From: Octopus sinensis | Taxonomy: Eukaryota | DNA: 64,000 nucleotides | Reading direction: 5' to 3' | Assembly: GCF_006345805.1 (NCBI RefSeq) | Contig: NC_043008.1 | Location: 11,160,001-11,224,000, forward strand | In this document: positions 37,932-49,940 of the stretch, piece after piece | Layout: each line of letters starts with the position of its first letter | Position numbering within the stretch: position 1 is the stretch's first letter | The notes under the pieces: generated by a model | What the model was told of the DNA's origin: nothing | The model's database searches: none | The model's input: only the letters and a program-made list of their open reading frames with translations | Position numbers and translations under genes: made by a program

Positions 37932-38898
37932 GGTTAGTGTTATTTCTTCTGATTCATTACGTTCTGGGTTCAATTTGATTAGTGATTTAATTTTTATGTT
38001 ATTTTATTCACGCTGGAATTATAATGGGATAAGTTGAGAACGGAGTGAAGTGAACGATGTAAACTCAGAGTTCCTAAAGCCGAATATGTCGCAGGTGGAC
38101 CCGTGCCGTTGTCCATTGATATATAAAAGATCGGAAAAGGCCATTAGGAAGGCCTCCACGACGACAGGAAGACGATCTAGTTTAGCAATTTGGGTTACGA
38201 TGGAAAAGAATGGCGCAGTTTTGACAGAATTGGAGTCGCATCGTAACCAGTGGTATATAACGGCATCCGATATAGTCTGGTGGATACTGTATTCTATTTT
38301 TTACTGACGACCCTAAGGATGCAAGAGACGTGCCCTTTAATTTCAGTCTTTAAAGCGCTTTTTTCCCAAAAGAAACTGTTTTTATAACCAGAAACTATTT
38401 CATTCATACAGACAAAACACAACCACACCTGTACACTCATCCCTCATTTAAATATATCAGCAGTGATGGACTAGAAGATATCAGTAAATATCTTTAACTT
38501 GAATTTTTTTCTTGTATCCTATATCCTAATATGTGTAAATTCACTATGTCCTACTATGAAAGATATCTAATACTAAGAAAAAAAATCTAATACAGTGCAA
38601 AATATCTAATCATCTAGAAAACAGCTGGAATCATTCCTCGATAAATAATACAACTCGTAATAATGTTTGTATTCTGAAGCGAAATCTTCGAAACAAGTTG
38701 GCAACAAAAATGTCATCACTTCTTATAAAACTATGTTTATGCAATGCTATGGTTATTCTAAGTCCTAAATATGTTATACTCTGTACTGACTAATGTAGTC
38801 ACGAATTAAACAATTTCTAAATGCGATTTATTTCCACTCCACTCCTGTTTGCATTTAGACTAACATACAAAATTATTGTTACAAACTTTTCTTGTATA

Positions 38899-39110
38899 CA
38901 GTGTGGCCCCAAAGTAGGTTTACAGTTTTCACGTCGGCACTTTAAATTTCTTTTAAAACATGTTATTACATTTAAATTTCTATCTTACAATTAACTAAAA
39001 TGGCATAGAATAATGGTTTCATTTTTTTATATACGTAAAATCTAAACTGTAAATATATGAATACGAAAGAGATAGTTGAATAATATTAAACCTACTTTTG
39101 GCCCAGCCTG
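38899..39110. mobile_element. Tc1/mariner-type MITE
   Basis: Imperfect TIRs cagtgtggccccaaagtaggttta and taaacctacttttggcccagcctg; left TA present, right TA mutated. Confidence 0.65.
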
Positions 39111-39415
39111 TTTTTAGTGACCAAACAATCTAACAATTTGTATGCATTTGTACCAGGAAACTAGAATGTGTTTCTCGTAAAACAGATTAGTTTAAATGCC
39201 TCGATGGATTTGACTAACAAGCATATAGAGGTGTCTGAACTGATGAATGTTTTAGATCCGACAACTATAGTATGACTCTCAGTTTGAAGTATTTTGCTTT
39301 TGTAAGTAATCAATATTTATTGAATTGACAACACCGTCACTTGAAAGATATAATGGCCTCACTATTAACGTCACCGTATTGTTAAAATTATTGGATTATA
39401 ACAATATAAACACAC

Positions 39416-39556
39416 CAGTTTTATGTTTCAATGAGCTGTGACAAATAGATTGGCGAAATGAATTCCTTGCAAGGCGTGTATTATGTTTTGTAATTCCTAG
39501 ACGAACAGGTTTCACTTCACTTTCACAACGAAATCCTATAACAGATGTTGAGTTAT
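39416..39556 (-). CDS. Candidate host exon, 141 nt, phase 1-1 (NSTSVIGFRCESEVKPVRLGITKHNTRLARNSFRQSICHSSLKHKT)
   Basis: Acceptor ttaaatccatttcaatag, donor CTG|gtgtgt, open frame in unique sequence; product not recognised. Confidence 0.4.
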
Positions 39557-40489
39557 CTATTGAAATGGATTTAAACATGTAACATCATGTAGAAATTTAA
39601 TTAACAGAAGTCGAACATCAATTACAAAGAAAAACAGTAACAAATATTTCAATGTAAATTTTTGTTCTAAAATACATGTTTGTTTTTATTTTCACACGGG
39701 AGAACTGTTATTGGAACCTGCGAGATGATAATATATGCAAACAAACTAAAGCAGAAAGAATAGAAAATAAACTAAAGAGAATCTTGTGAATTTCTTTTAA
39801 ATCTTGTTTAAAATCCTAAATCAATTTATCACCTATGATTAGAAAAGTTGGAAAATGTGTCATTTGTTGCCTTTCAGGGTGGAATAAAAACGCAGAAGAA
39901 AATAAAACCAACCACAGATGACAATAAAAGATAAAATTATTTCAAAGTTGATTGTGTGTTATCGTTGCATCAGTTACCAATTTCTGTGTATTACATCATG
40001 TCAGTTATTATCAGTTGCAATTATTTTCTGTTCTGAAAGGGAATTGTTTGAAAAAGAGGGCTGCATAAAACAAAATGGTGTATAATCACGCTAAATGACC
40101 AGTAATGGAGATACGAGAATTAGGCTAATTCTGCTTTCACATTTATAAATTATTTATTTATGAGCCAACGAAGGAATGGAATTACCAGGTTATCACTTGA
40201 TATGCTAGAAATAGCAGCTGAGTTTCACTGAAGATACGCCTTACTGTTTCGCAAAAAGGCAAGAATGCTATAAATAATTTTGTCTAAAGCACATTCTACC
40301 TCGTAAAAATTCAGAATAGCCACAACTAGTATAGTTTTGCGTATATATCTGCCAGTTTAGGGTCGACTTGTGTGTAAACAATGACAATAAAAAATAAACC
40401 CTGGACTCGATTTATTGCTTAGTAAAGAATGCAGGGTAAGACAGTATAAGAGAACTAAATTGAGCATAAAAATGTGCGATGTAGACTCA

Positions 40490-40696
40490 AATATTTGACA
40501 CAAGGCCAGCAATTTCAGGGTAGCGGTTAAGTTGATTACATCGACCTCAGTACTCAACTGGTACATGATTTAAAGACTCTGAAAGAATAGAAGGCAAAGT
40601 AAACATCAGCGGAATTTGAACTCGGAATGTAAAGACGGACGAAATGCCGCGAAACATTTTACCCGGTGTGCTAATGATTCTGCCAGCTCGCTGCCT
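40490..40696 (-). mobile_element. Group B SINE monomer, diverged
   Basis: Head ctgccagctcgctgcc and ggaatttgaactc on the reverse strand; a second remnant follows at 40714-40803. Confidence 0.75.
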
Positions 40697-41526
40697 ATGT
40701 GGTTCCTAATATTGGTTTAAAAGTTTGCCACAGGGTCAGCAATTTGGAATGAGTGGGTAATTCGATTGCATCAACTGGTAATTATTTTGTCCACTCCGAA
40801 AGGGCTACTACGTCATAGAAATACAAATGTAGAAGAGTAAGTTAATATCACAAGGAATTTTGTCGGAACAAATTGCATGAAATTGCATTAAAAAGTAGAC
40901 CCGTAGAAACTTAATTGACAAGCACTTTAAGAGTTTTTCTCGAAATTTTAACATTCAGTATGTTTCCATTTTCTTGCATAAATGTTAATTAAATGACAAG
41001 ATTTTTGGGGAAGTTCTTAATACCGTTCTTCTCTTCCCGTGTAGTTTTCCAAACACTTTCAAGCAATCTCTGAAGAATTTTGGTAAAATAGATTTTACAT
41101 TTATTACGTTTTTTTCTCTTTTTTTTATTTGTTTTAAAATAATAATTCTTTTTATTAATAATTCTGAAGAAATATAACATATAAGGTTAAATATACTTTA
41201 AGCCATAAATCAAGGATGGTTCTACATTTTCTTTTGATACGTTTGTTGCCATTGATCCTACTTCTTTAAAATGGGATACTTTTTTGGTAATCAATAAAAG
41301 ATATACTCTGCTATGCATGTTATATTATGGTCAAGTTTTCATGATATTTGTTTGTGACCTGTAGGTTATACCATTAGGAATATAAGAAACTTGAATATGT
41401 TGCTGTGCAGAGGGATCGAAATCAGAAAGAGGAGGATTTGATTTGGAATCTCAAGCGCAAAAATATGTCTTCATCAATATATACATACATATATATATAT
41501 ATAAATATATACATTATAATATATAA

Positions 41527-41675
<149 letters not shown>

Positions 41676-41837
41676 AATCAAATTGCGATAAAATAAAAAT
41701 AATTATAATCGCTGGTATTACTAACACAAGCCATATATTTTTCATATATCAGTACATTAAGGCGAAATATGTGCTAGAATACAGAAGCTTGATAAATTAA
41801 GTGAAATGAAGATAAAAACATTACTAAACCGGTAAAT

Positions 41838-41909
41838 TCTCAGACTGCAGTTTCTTTCTTTTCAGCAATAAAGATAATTTATTTGCCCAGGGAGAATTCT
41901 TCAGTGAGA
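41838..41909 (-). ncRNA. Type I hammerhead motif with extended stem II (monomer 1)
   Basis: UCUCA-CUGAAGA-[43 nt, foldable as an interrupted hairpin]-GAAA-C UGCA G-UC-UGAGA; 5-bp stem I, palindromic CUGCAG, GUC triplet. Confidence 0.72.
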
Positions 41910-42234
41910 CCCTGTTTTTCTGGGATCCTAACTCACTAGAAGCATGTGCGTCTAATGATTTACTCTTCCTAACTAATCATATCACTGCGCAGACTCCGAA
42001 CGTCCCGACAACACTAGGGAATTCTGGTATATCGCCTGGCGCTCATAATTTATCGAGAAATATGTAAACAAATCAAATTTCGATAAAATAAAAATAATTA
42101 TAATCGCTGGTATTACTAACACAAGCCATATATTTTTCATATATCAGTACATTAAGGCGAAATATGTGCTAGGAATACAGAAGCTTGATAAATTAAGTGA
42201 AATGAAGATAAAAACATTTACTAAACCGGTAAAT

Positions 42235-42306
42235 TCTCAGACTACAGTTTCTTTCTTTTCAGCAATAAAGATAATTTATTTGCCCAGGGAGAATTCTTCA
42301 GTGAGA
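42235..42306 (-). ncRNA. Type I hammerhead motif (monomer 2, stem III loop UGUA variant)
   Basis: As monomer 1 but the palindrome is broken by one substitution. Confidence 0.62.
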
Positions 42307-42629
42307 CCCTGTTTTTCTGGGATCCTAACTCACTAGAAGCATGTGCGTCTAATGATTTACTCTTCCTAACTAATCATATCACTGCGCAGACTCCGAACGT
42401 CCCGACAACACTAGGAATTCTGGTATATCGCCTGGCGCTCATAATTTATCGAGAAATATGTAAACAAATCAAATTGCGATAAAATAAAAATAATTATAAT
42501 CGCTGGTATTACTAACACAAGCCATATATTTTTCATATATCAGTACATTAAGGCGAAATATGTGCTAGGAATACAGAAGCTTGATAAATTAAGTGAAATG
42601 AAGATAAAAACATTTACTAAACGGTAAAT

Positions 42630-42701
42630 TCTCAGACTGCAGTTTCTTTCTTTTCAGCAATAAAGATAATTTATTTGCCCAGGGAGAATTCTTCAGTGAG
42701 A
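42630..42701 (-). ncRNA. Type I hammerhead motif (monomer 3)
   Basis: Identical to the monomer 1 motif. Confidence 0.72.
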
Positions 42702-43026
42702 CCCTGTTTTTCTGGGATCCTAACTCACTAGAAGCATGTGCGTCTAATGATTTACTCTTCCTAACTAATCATATCACTGCGCAGACTCCGAACGTCCCGA
42801 CAACACTAGGGAATTCTGGTATATCGCCTGGCGCTCATAATTTATCGAGAAATATGTAAACAAATCAAATTGCGATAAAATAAAAATAATTATAATCGCT
42901 GGTATTACTAACACAAGCCATATATTTTTCATATATCAGTACATTAAGGCGAAATATGTGCTAGGAATACAGAAGCTTGATAAATTAAGTGAAATGAAGA
43001 TAAAAACATTTACTAAACCGGTAAAT

Positions 43027-43098
43027 TCTCAGACTGCAGTTTCTTTCTTTTCAGCAATAAAGATAATTTATTTGCCCAGGGAGAATTCTTCAGTGAGA
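43027..43098 (-). ncRNA. Type I hammerhead motif (monomer 4)
   Basis: Identical to the monomer 1 motif. Confidence 0.72.
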
Positions 43099-43278
43099 CC
43101 CTGTTTTTCTGGGATCCTAACTCACTAGAAGCATGTGCGTCTAATGATTTACTCTTCCTAACTAATCATATCACTGCGCAGACTCCGAACGTCCCGACAA
43201 CACTAGGGAATTCTGGTATATCGCCTGGCGCTCATAATTTATCGAGAAATATGTAAACAAATCAAATGCATATATATA

Positions 43279-43349
<71 letters not shown>

Positions 43350-43355
<6 letters not shown>

Positions 43356-44054
43356 AATAATTTCTATAATGGTTTTTAAAAAAAGACCACAATTATTTAC
43401 TGGTAGAATTCGGTATGTAAATATAGCCGATTACCGGCAGGAACCTCTGTAAAGTTCAGTATATATATTGTATATAAGAAAAAGGGACAGGCAACAGGTT
43501 GCTTGACCGCATACCGAAAAAATTAGAAATAGCAGTCAAAAATGCTTATTTCTAATTTCCACAAATGGGGCTCCAGGCACCACAAACCCTGTAATTCACA
43601 TATGCAAAACAGAAGGAATAGATATTCGAAAACGAAGTCTGGTGGTTATCTGTGAACATCATGTTTCTGGATTATAAACATATTGAATATATATTTCATA
43701 TATACGTTTGATATATATTACATATATATTGCATATATATTTCACACCCTTCTTCAGCACAGCTTTCCATTGAAATAGATTTATCATAGATTTATCAAAT
43801 GCTACGTACCTCAAACCTTCTGTCCATGCGACATCAAAATATTTGAAGAAAGCGAGCAAAGGCTAAACCTACAAAGACGTTTGAATTCATAAATCTTCCC
43901 TCCAAAATTTTGCCATGCGCACTACAAAAATAGTTCCATAGGAGTAGGAACTATTGGGTTGTCGTAAGGGAGTGAAAAATCCAATTAGTAATATAATAAT
44001 AAGGGTAAATAATTTCTATAATGGTTTTTAAAAAAAGACCACAATTATTTACTG
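43350..44054. repeat. 53-bp exact direct repeats 652 bp apart
   Basis: agggtaaataatttctataatggtttttaaaaaaagaccacaattatttactg at 43350-43402 and 44002-44054. Confidence 0.85.
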
Positions 44055-44060
44055 ATATAT

Positions 44061-44283
44061 GCGCAGGAGTGGATCTGTGGTATGAAGCCTGCTTACTAGC
44101 CACATGGTTCCGGGTTCAGTCCCACCTCGTTGGGCAAGTGTCTTGTTCGTGGATTTGGTAGACGGAAACTGAAAGAAGCCCGTTGTATATATATATATAT
44201 ATATATATATATACTGGCGTCGATCTAATCAACTTACCCCCTTCCTCACAATCACTGGCCTTGAGCCAAAATTTGAAACCAAT
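44061..44283 (+). mobile_element. Group A SINE 5' half, followed after (TA)n by a group B-type tail
   Basis: A head to gaagcccgttgta; then ggcgtcgatctaatcaacttacccc...ggccttgagccaaaatttgaaacc. Confidence 0.65.
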
Positions 44284-44972
44284 ATTTGTGTGGAAATAAT
44301 TAGGTTGAAATAATGATATCTAAATAATATCTTACTTTCAAAACTATTTTGTGAAGGACATTACAAATTATTTGTGGTACAATGATATATTTAGTTGGAT
44401 ATAATGGGCTTCGAAATCAGAAGGGACAAACAATATTATATACTATAAAATGTTCCTTCTATTGTCCATACGCAATTGACTTTGAGTGACGAGAGATAAT
44501 TATGTAGAAAGATAAGAGAAAATTGGTGTAATTCATTTTTAAGTGAAAATGATATTGCTGAAAAATATGTTTATACAAAATGCAATTGGTGTTAATTATA
44601 CATTATGTAAAATATTTACTTTTGACGGATATTTGTTCTCATGTTGTTTGTTCTTAAATATCCGTCAAATGTAAATAATATAAATAATATACATAATTCC
44701 TCATCTCTTAGATATAGAACTGGTGTTAATTATGTCCAGCACTTACGATAGTGAAACATTATACAATCATTAGAATATAGTTTGGAAAAGCATTATTACG
44801 CTATAGTAAACCTTTTAATGAAGAAGGGATGTTGATGAATGTGAATTCACTTAGAAAATACCGATATATTTCATATGACGGGAGAAATCATTAACCGTAA
44901 TGTCTTTCGTTGATTGCGGAAAGAAGACAAACCTGTGAACAATATATACATATTCTTACACACACACACACA

Positions 44973-45018
<46 letters not shown>

Positions 45019-45280
45019 GGCCTTTACCTAAAGGAGATGAGGTCGGACAATTGTCCTTCTCATGAAGAATATTGAGTCACAAGAAACATGTGCATACTAT
45101 CAGCTTTAGAAAGTAGGCCTGTTACGTGAGATTCGGAGAGAACTTGAATATTGAGATTATCTCCCCTTCCCAAGTAAGGCTGTTCTTCATTTCCATTAGG
45201 TAATTATGACGCCTCATCGAGTGGCGCAAGTCATTTTAGTGAGTGAAGATAGTTGTATGTATTTGATATACTCGTGTCTC

Positions 45281-45322
<42 letters not shown>

Positions 45323-45326
<4 letters not shown>

Positions 45327-45797
45327 CGTATATTTGCCATCTCAATATGGCTACCCCTAAGGGTGGATGCTACTGTAGTTTTTAGCCCCGGGAGGACACA
45401 CTCCTCCAGCTGGCCATAGACACACTTTCTGTGTCCTGTCAGTATTTGCAAAGGGAAGTCATCCTTCCCGTCTTCAACTTATGATACACACGGACTCGAG
45501 TTTCGAGGTATTGACCTCTCGTCAGCGTGTGACAATCATAGTTGTCGGTGAGAATTAGATTTCCTTCACAAATACTTATACTTTTTCCAGCGTCCACTGT
45601 CGCTGATATTGAAAAAGTGAAATCAAACAATGATAAATATCAAAGTGAGTTATATACAGTAGCGGTAACACATCGTGACGTATATTTGCCATCTCAATAT
45701 GGCTACCCCTAAGGGTGGATGCTACTGTAGTTTTTAGCCCCAGGAGGACACACTCCTCCAGCTGGCCATAGACACACTTTCTGTGTCCTGTCAGTAT
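45323..45797 (-). mobile_element. Hammerhead-bearing non-coding retroelement, family E copy 2
   Basis: Direct repeat at 45323 and 45675 (period 352); about 7 differences from copy 1 over ~480 bp; unrelated flanks; (TA)n at the same end. Confidence 0.8.
45487..45531 (-). ncRNA. Type I hammerhead ribozyme, canonical core
   Basis: Identical to 20283-20327. Confidence 0.92.
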
Positions 45798-45847
45798 AGC
45801 ATAATTAAATCTCAGAATGAGACTGAAACAGTAATCGCTCGATAATG

Positions 45848-46060
45848 TAAAGTATAGAAGCCATCTTAACATGGCTAACCACATAGGGGAAGGGGTGTTA
45901 GGCTTGCGAGGAAGGGATGGCCTCCCTTTGCAAATACTTCAAGGGCACTGAAATGGTGTCTAAAGCCAGCTGGAGACGACGATCTCTTGGGGCTATAAAG
46001 CTACAGTAACACCCCCTTCCCCTATGTGGTTAGCCATGTTAAGATCGCTTCTATACTTTA
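45848..46060. repeat. Diverged family E relative with ~53-bp inverted terminal duplication
   Basis: taaagtatagaagccatcttaacatggctaaccacataggggaaggggtgtta and its reverse complement at ~46008-46060; the interior aligns, inverted, to the family E repeat. Confidence 0.7.
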
Positions 46061-46063
46061 AGT

Positions 46064-46097
<34 letters not shown>

Positions 46098-46395
46098 CGT
46101 GTGTATGTGTGTGTGTGCGTGCACCTATCTACCTATCTATCTATAGCCTGTGTTAAATTCTTCCGCTCGTCTATACAGCCACTGACCTCAACAGCCACCC
46201 CTACACCTTCCGCACTAGTCGGAATGAAGAGGTTCAATTACTCGGTAACAATTAACTAATTGTATACGAAGTAATGCCGACCACGACAATATATATATAT
46301 ATATATATACATGTGTGAGCCTATGCGTATGTGTCCATGTAATATTAGATATATATATAATAATAATATAAATAATATATATATATATCTATGTG

Positions 46396-46470
<75 letters not shown>

Positions 46471-47040
46471 ATATATATATAGACACGTAATCGACTTGCT
46501 GTGTATGTTATACACGCTGATGTTATGTTCCTTAATAAAACTGCAATGAACATTGAAACTATTTAAATGCCCATCATTGCGGAGTTTCATTCAGAATATG
46601 TATTATTAGTTTCGTATTAACTCATCTGTTCCATTGAAGTGTTAAAACTTGGAAAGTTATATTGTTAACGCGATCATTAATTTCTTTGCTTTCCTTTTCA
46701 TGTGTGGATTTTGATGTATGAAATATCTGCAGCAGTCGAGATACTGACGTACGTTTGAAATTTCGCGAATTCCTGGCATTAATCTTAACAAAAGTTATTG
46801 ATTTATCATCATACACATGTACACACATAAATGCGTAGATAATTAACGCACGGGGATTGGTGTTATTTAATACGTTATAATAAACACACAAAGAGACACA
46901 GAAATAGATATACAAACATACAAACATACATACACACAAACATATATATATATATATTTATATGTATATATATATATATCCATATATCTATGTATATGTA
47001 TATCCATTTAAGTACAAATATATATCCAGCGTATATACAT

Positions 47041-47085
<45 letters not shown>

Positions 47086-47100
47086 TATATATGCTTATAT

Positions 47101-47163
<63 letters not shown>

Positions 47164-47818
47164 CATATATATACATACATATGCATATATAAATGCACAT
47201 GCACACGAGCGCGCAACACACACACACACACACACATATATATATGTGCCTCTGTGTGTTTGCGTATGTGTGTGTTTATAAACGTACAACTGCTCGACAC
47301 ATATTACCAAAAGTTATACAAAAATGGCGTTTGTTTGAAGTTACTGATATGCAAATCGGCTGCTATGGTTCAGTATATTTCTGTCGGTGAGCGAGAATGA
47401 TATGGGGTTTGGAGTAAGTCGATAAAGAAGAAGTATCGTAAGAGACATTGCAAAGCACCTTCCTTTGGTTTTCCAGGATCATTCAGTAAACTTTGCCGAC
47501 ATAAATTTGTCAAAGATACACATAACTGCACCCACAGATACACAGGGACACGTTAATACACACAATAAACACAGACACACACACACTCAGACACTCACTC
47601 TCTTACTCACTCACTCCCTCACTCATTCACTCCCTCACTCACACGCGTATATAAAGTGTATATATATATATATATATATTTATTGATAGAAGATAAATAG
47701 ATATACAGATAAATACAAATAGATTGATATATACATATAGACGCATAAAATCCATATCTAGCTATTCATCTATTTCCCTTTATAAATAAACACATACGCG
47801 TACACACACACACACACA

Positions 47819-47862
<44 letters not shown>

Positions 47863-47923
47863 CCATATTGATATATATAGATATATATTTGTGTGAGTGT
47901 GAGAGAGAGAGAGAAAGTTCGTC

Positions 47924-47974
<51 letters not shown>

Positions 47975-48002
47975 CAGGACGAACTCTCTCTCTCACACGC
48001 AC

Positions 48003-48053
<51 letters not shown>

Positions 48054-48929
48054 CAATATGGACAGACCGAAATAAAGACAAAGTGAAGAGAAAACAGTCT
48101 ACTTGTGCCGTAAATGAGTTTTAGAAATAGGAATTATTTATTTATCACAATATACTGAGGAGCCAGGGATATATTTTGGTGTTATATAGACATTAAGGAA
48201 CCGTTCATCTTACTAAAAACTGCACCGACTCCCAGTAAATCAATTCAAGAGCAGTGATAATATCGGTTATCATATATCATATATCACACACAAAAATACT
48301 ATCATAGACGCATACACATACGCACACATTCACATGTATACAATTATATGCTTATGCATGTATATATTTATGGCAGTGATATTTGTTACACGTTCATCTT
48401 ATCTCTCTGGTGACAAATAAACCTGACCTAATGGTGCTTCATCTTCAATTGGCTTCATGTATTCCTAAACAATCCTTGGAATGGAGCCAGGGCTTCACTA
48501 GAATGTATCAGATGTATCAGTGTAAGGTTTGGATCAATGCTGTTGATCCAGTCGTGGTGAGGAAATCTACAGACGAAGACATTCCGTCAATGAACACGCC
48601 ATCTTTATTTCACATGTGTCAATAAAAGAAGGCCGAAATCGTATGATCTGGTTGTCTCGGGCTGGAGATGGTGATGATTTATCTCCCCACTAGCGATATA
48701 AACAATAGTGCATTTTGTACCAAATACCAATATGGGAGTTTCTCTCGTGGCATCTATCCAAGTATATTTTGTTCTAACAGAGCATCCATGTTTAAGTGGA
48801 GATACATATTACGTCTCAGCATTTATACTGCCTCTGTTGCAAATGTGTATTTTTAAGAAGCTCAGTGGCTAATCGGTACACCAGCGGCTGGCGTAGCACT
48901 ATTTTTCTATATATCACAACTCAAACCAA

Positions 48930-49940
48930 AGAAGAACCTAATGGGGAAAATAATAATAGCGCTAGTAATAAGGAATGGACGAATGACACCAACGACTTAA
49001 GTGATTTAAATGAAGAAGATGAGAAGAGTTTAGATTAATTTGCAGGAAATGATGAGTAAAGAATTACGAAAAAGATTACCATCATTAAAAGGCGTCAACA
49101 GAAGGAAACTACAAGAAATGACTAGGAAAGTAGATTATGTTACCAGTAGAGTAGTTACTAAAAATATAGAAGACACTAACTTATTGATCTATGCAGGAAG
49201 GGTAGTAGTCACCAGAAGATTAGATATCTCACAAGAAACGATTAACAAAGAGTAAATGTAGAAAAAGAGACTATTGAGATATCGATGGTGTACGCTATCG
49301 AATGCTTTCGATTGATCTAATTTGATCAGCGCCCCAGGAACGTGGGCAATGACAAAATGACGAGGGTCAGATACATCCTAGCAATTGTAGGGGTTTGGAA
49401 ACACTAACAGCAAAGTTTGAAAAATACGTTGGGGTTAACTGGAATTGACATGAGTGTAGAACATGCTCAGAAAACTGTTCTGCTGGGGACAGTTCGTATT
49501 GTGACGTTGGTACTTGAGTTTTGAATATCGGGTAAATAGATTTGTGAGAACTTTGGTAACGAGTTGATGTCCGCTTTTACAGAATTCTCCGGGTCAAGTA
49601 AAATCGAGAACTAAAAATGGAAGTAAAATGGAAATAACTAAGACCTAGTTAGAGAGATGAAAAACTTGTTGAAGATTAAGGCGACAGTTATTTCCGTGGT
49701 AACTGGTATTCTTGGCACAGCAAAGAAACTGCTACCAAGAAGATTGAAAAGTGTTCGAATTGAGATCAGCAACAAAGTGTAATCCTGTATTCTGCAAGAA
49801 ACCTAACAAAGAATCTTGAGATTTGAAGATACTTATTATTATCAAACAGCAAGCAAATATCCTTGATAACTAAGAGAGCATGTAATAGTCATAATGATGA
49901 TAAAAATAATGATGATGCAATAAAAATAATAATAATAATA
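48930..49940 (+). mobile_element. Cluster of R4/Dong-like LINE fragments (one N-terminal, two C-terminal) ending in (TAA)n
   Basis: RKRLPSLKGVNRRKL...TNLLIYAGRVVVTRRL; GIDMSVEHAQKTVLLGTVRI; DLVREMKNLLKIKATVISVVTGILGT...VILYSARNL. Confidence 0.75.

Noticed and set aside
38300-38335. ctgacga-ccctaagg as a hammerhead
   Set aside because: No GAAA at the required position
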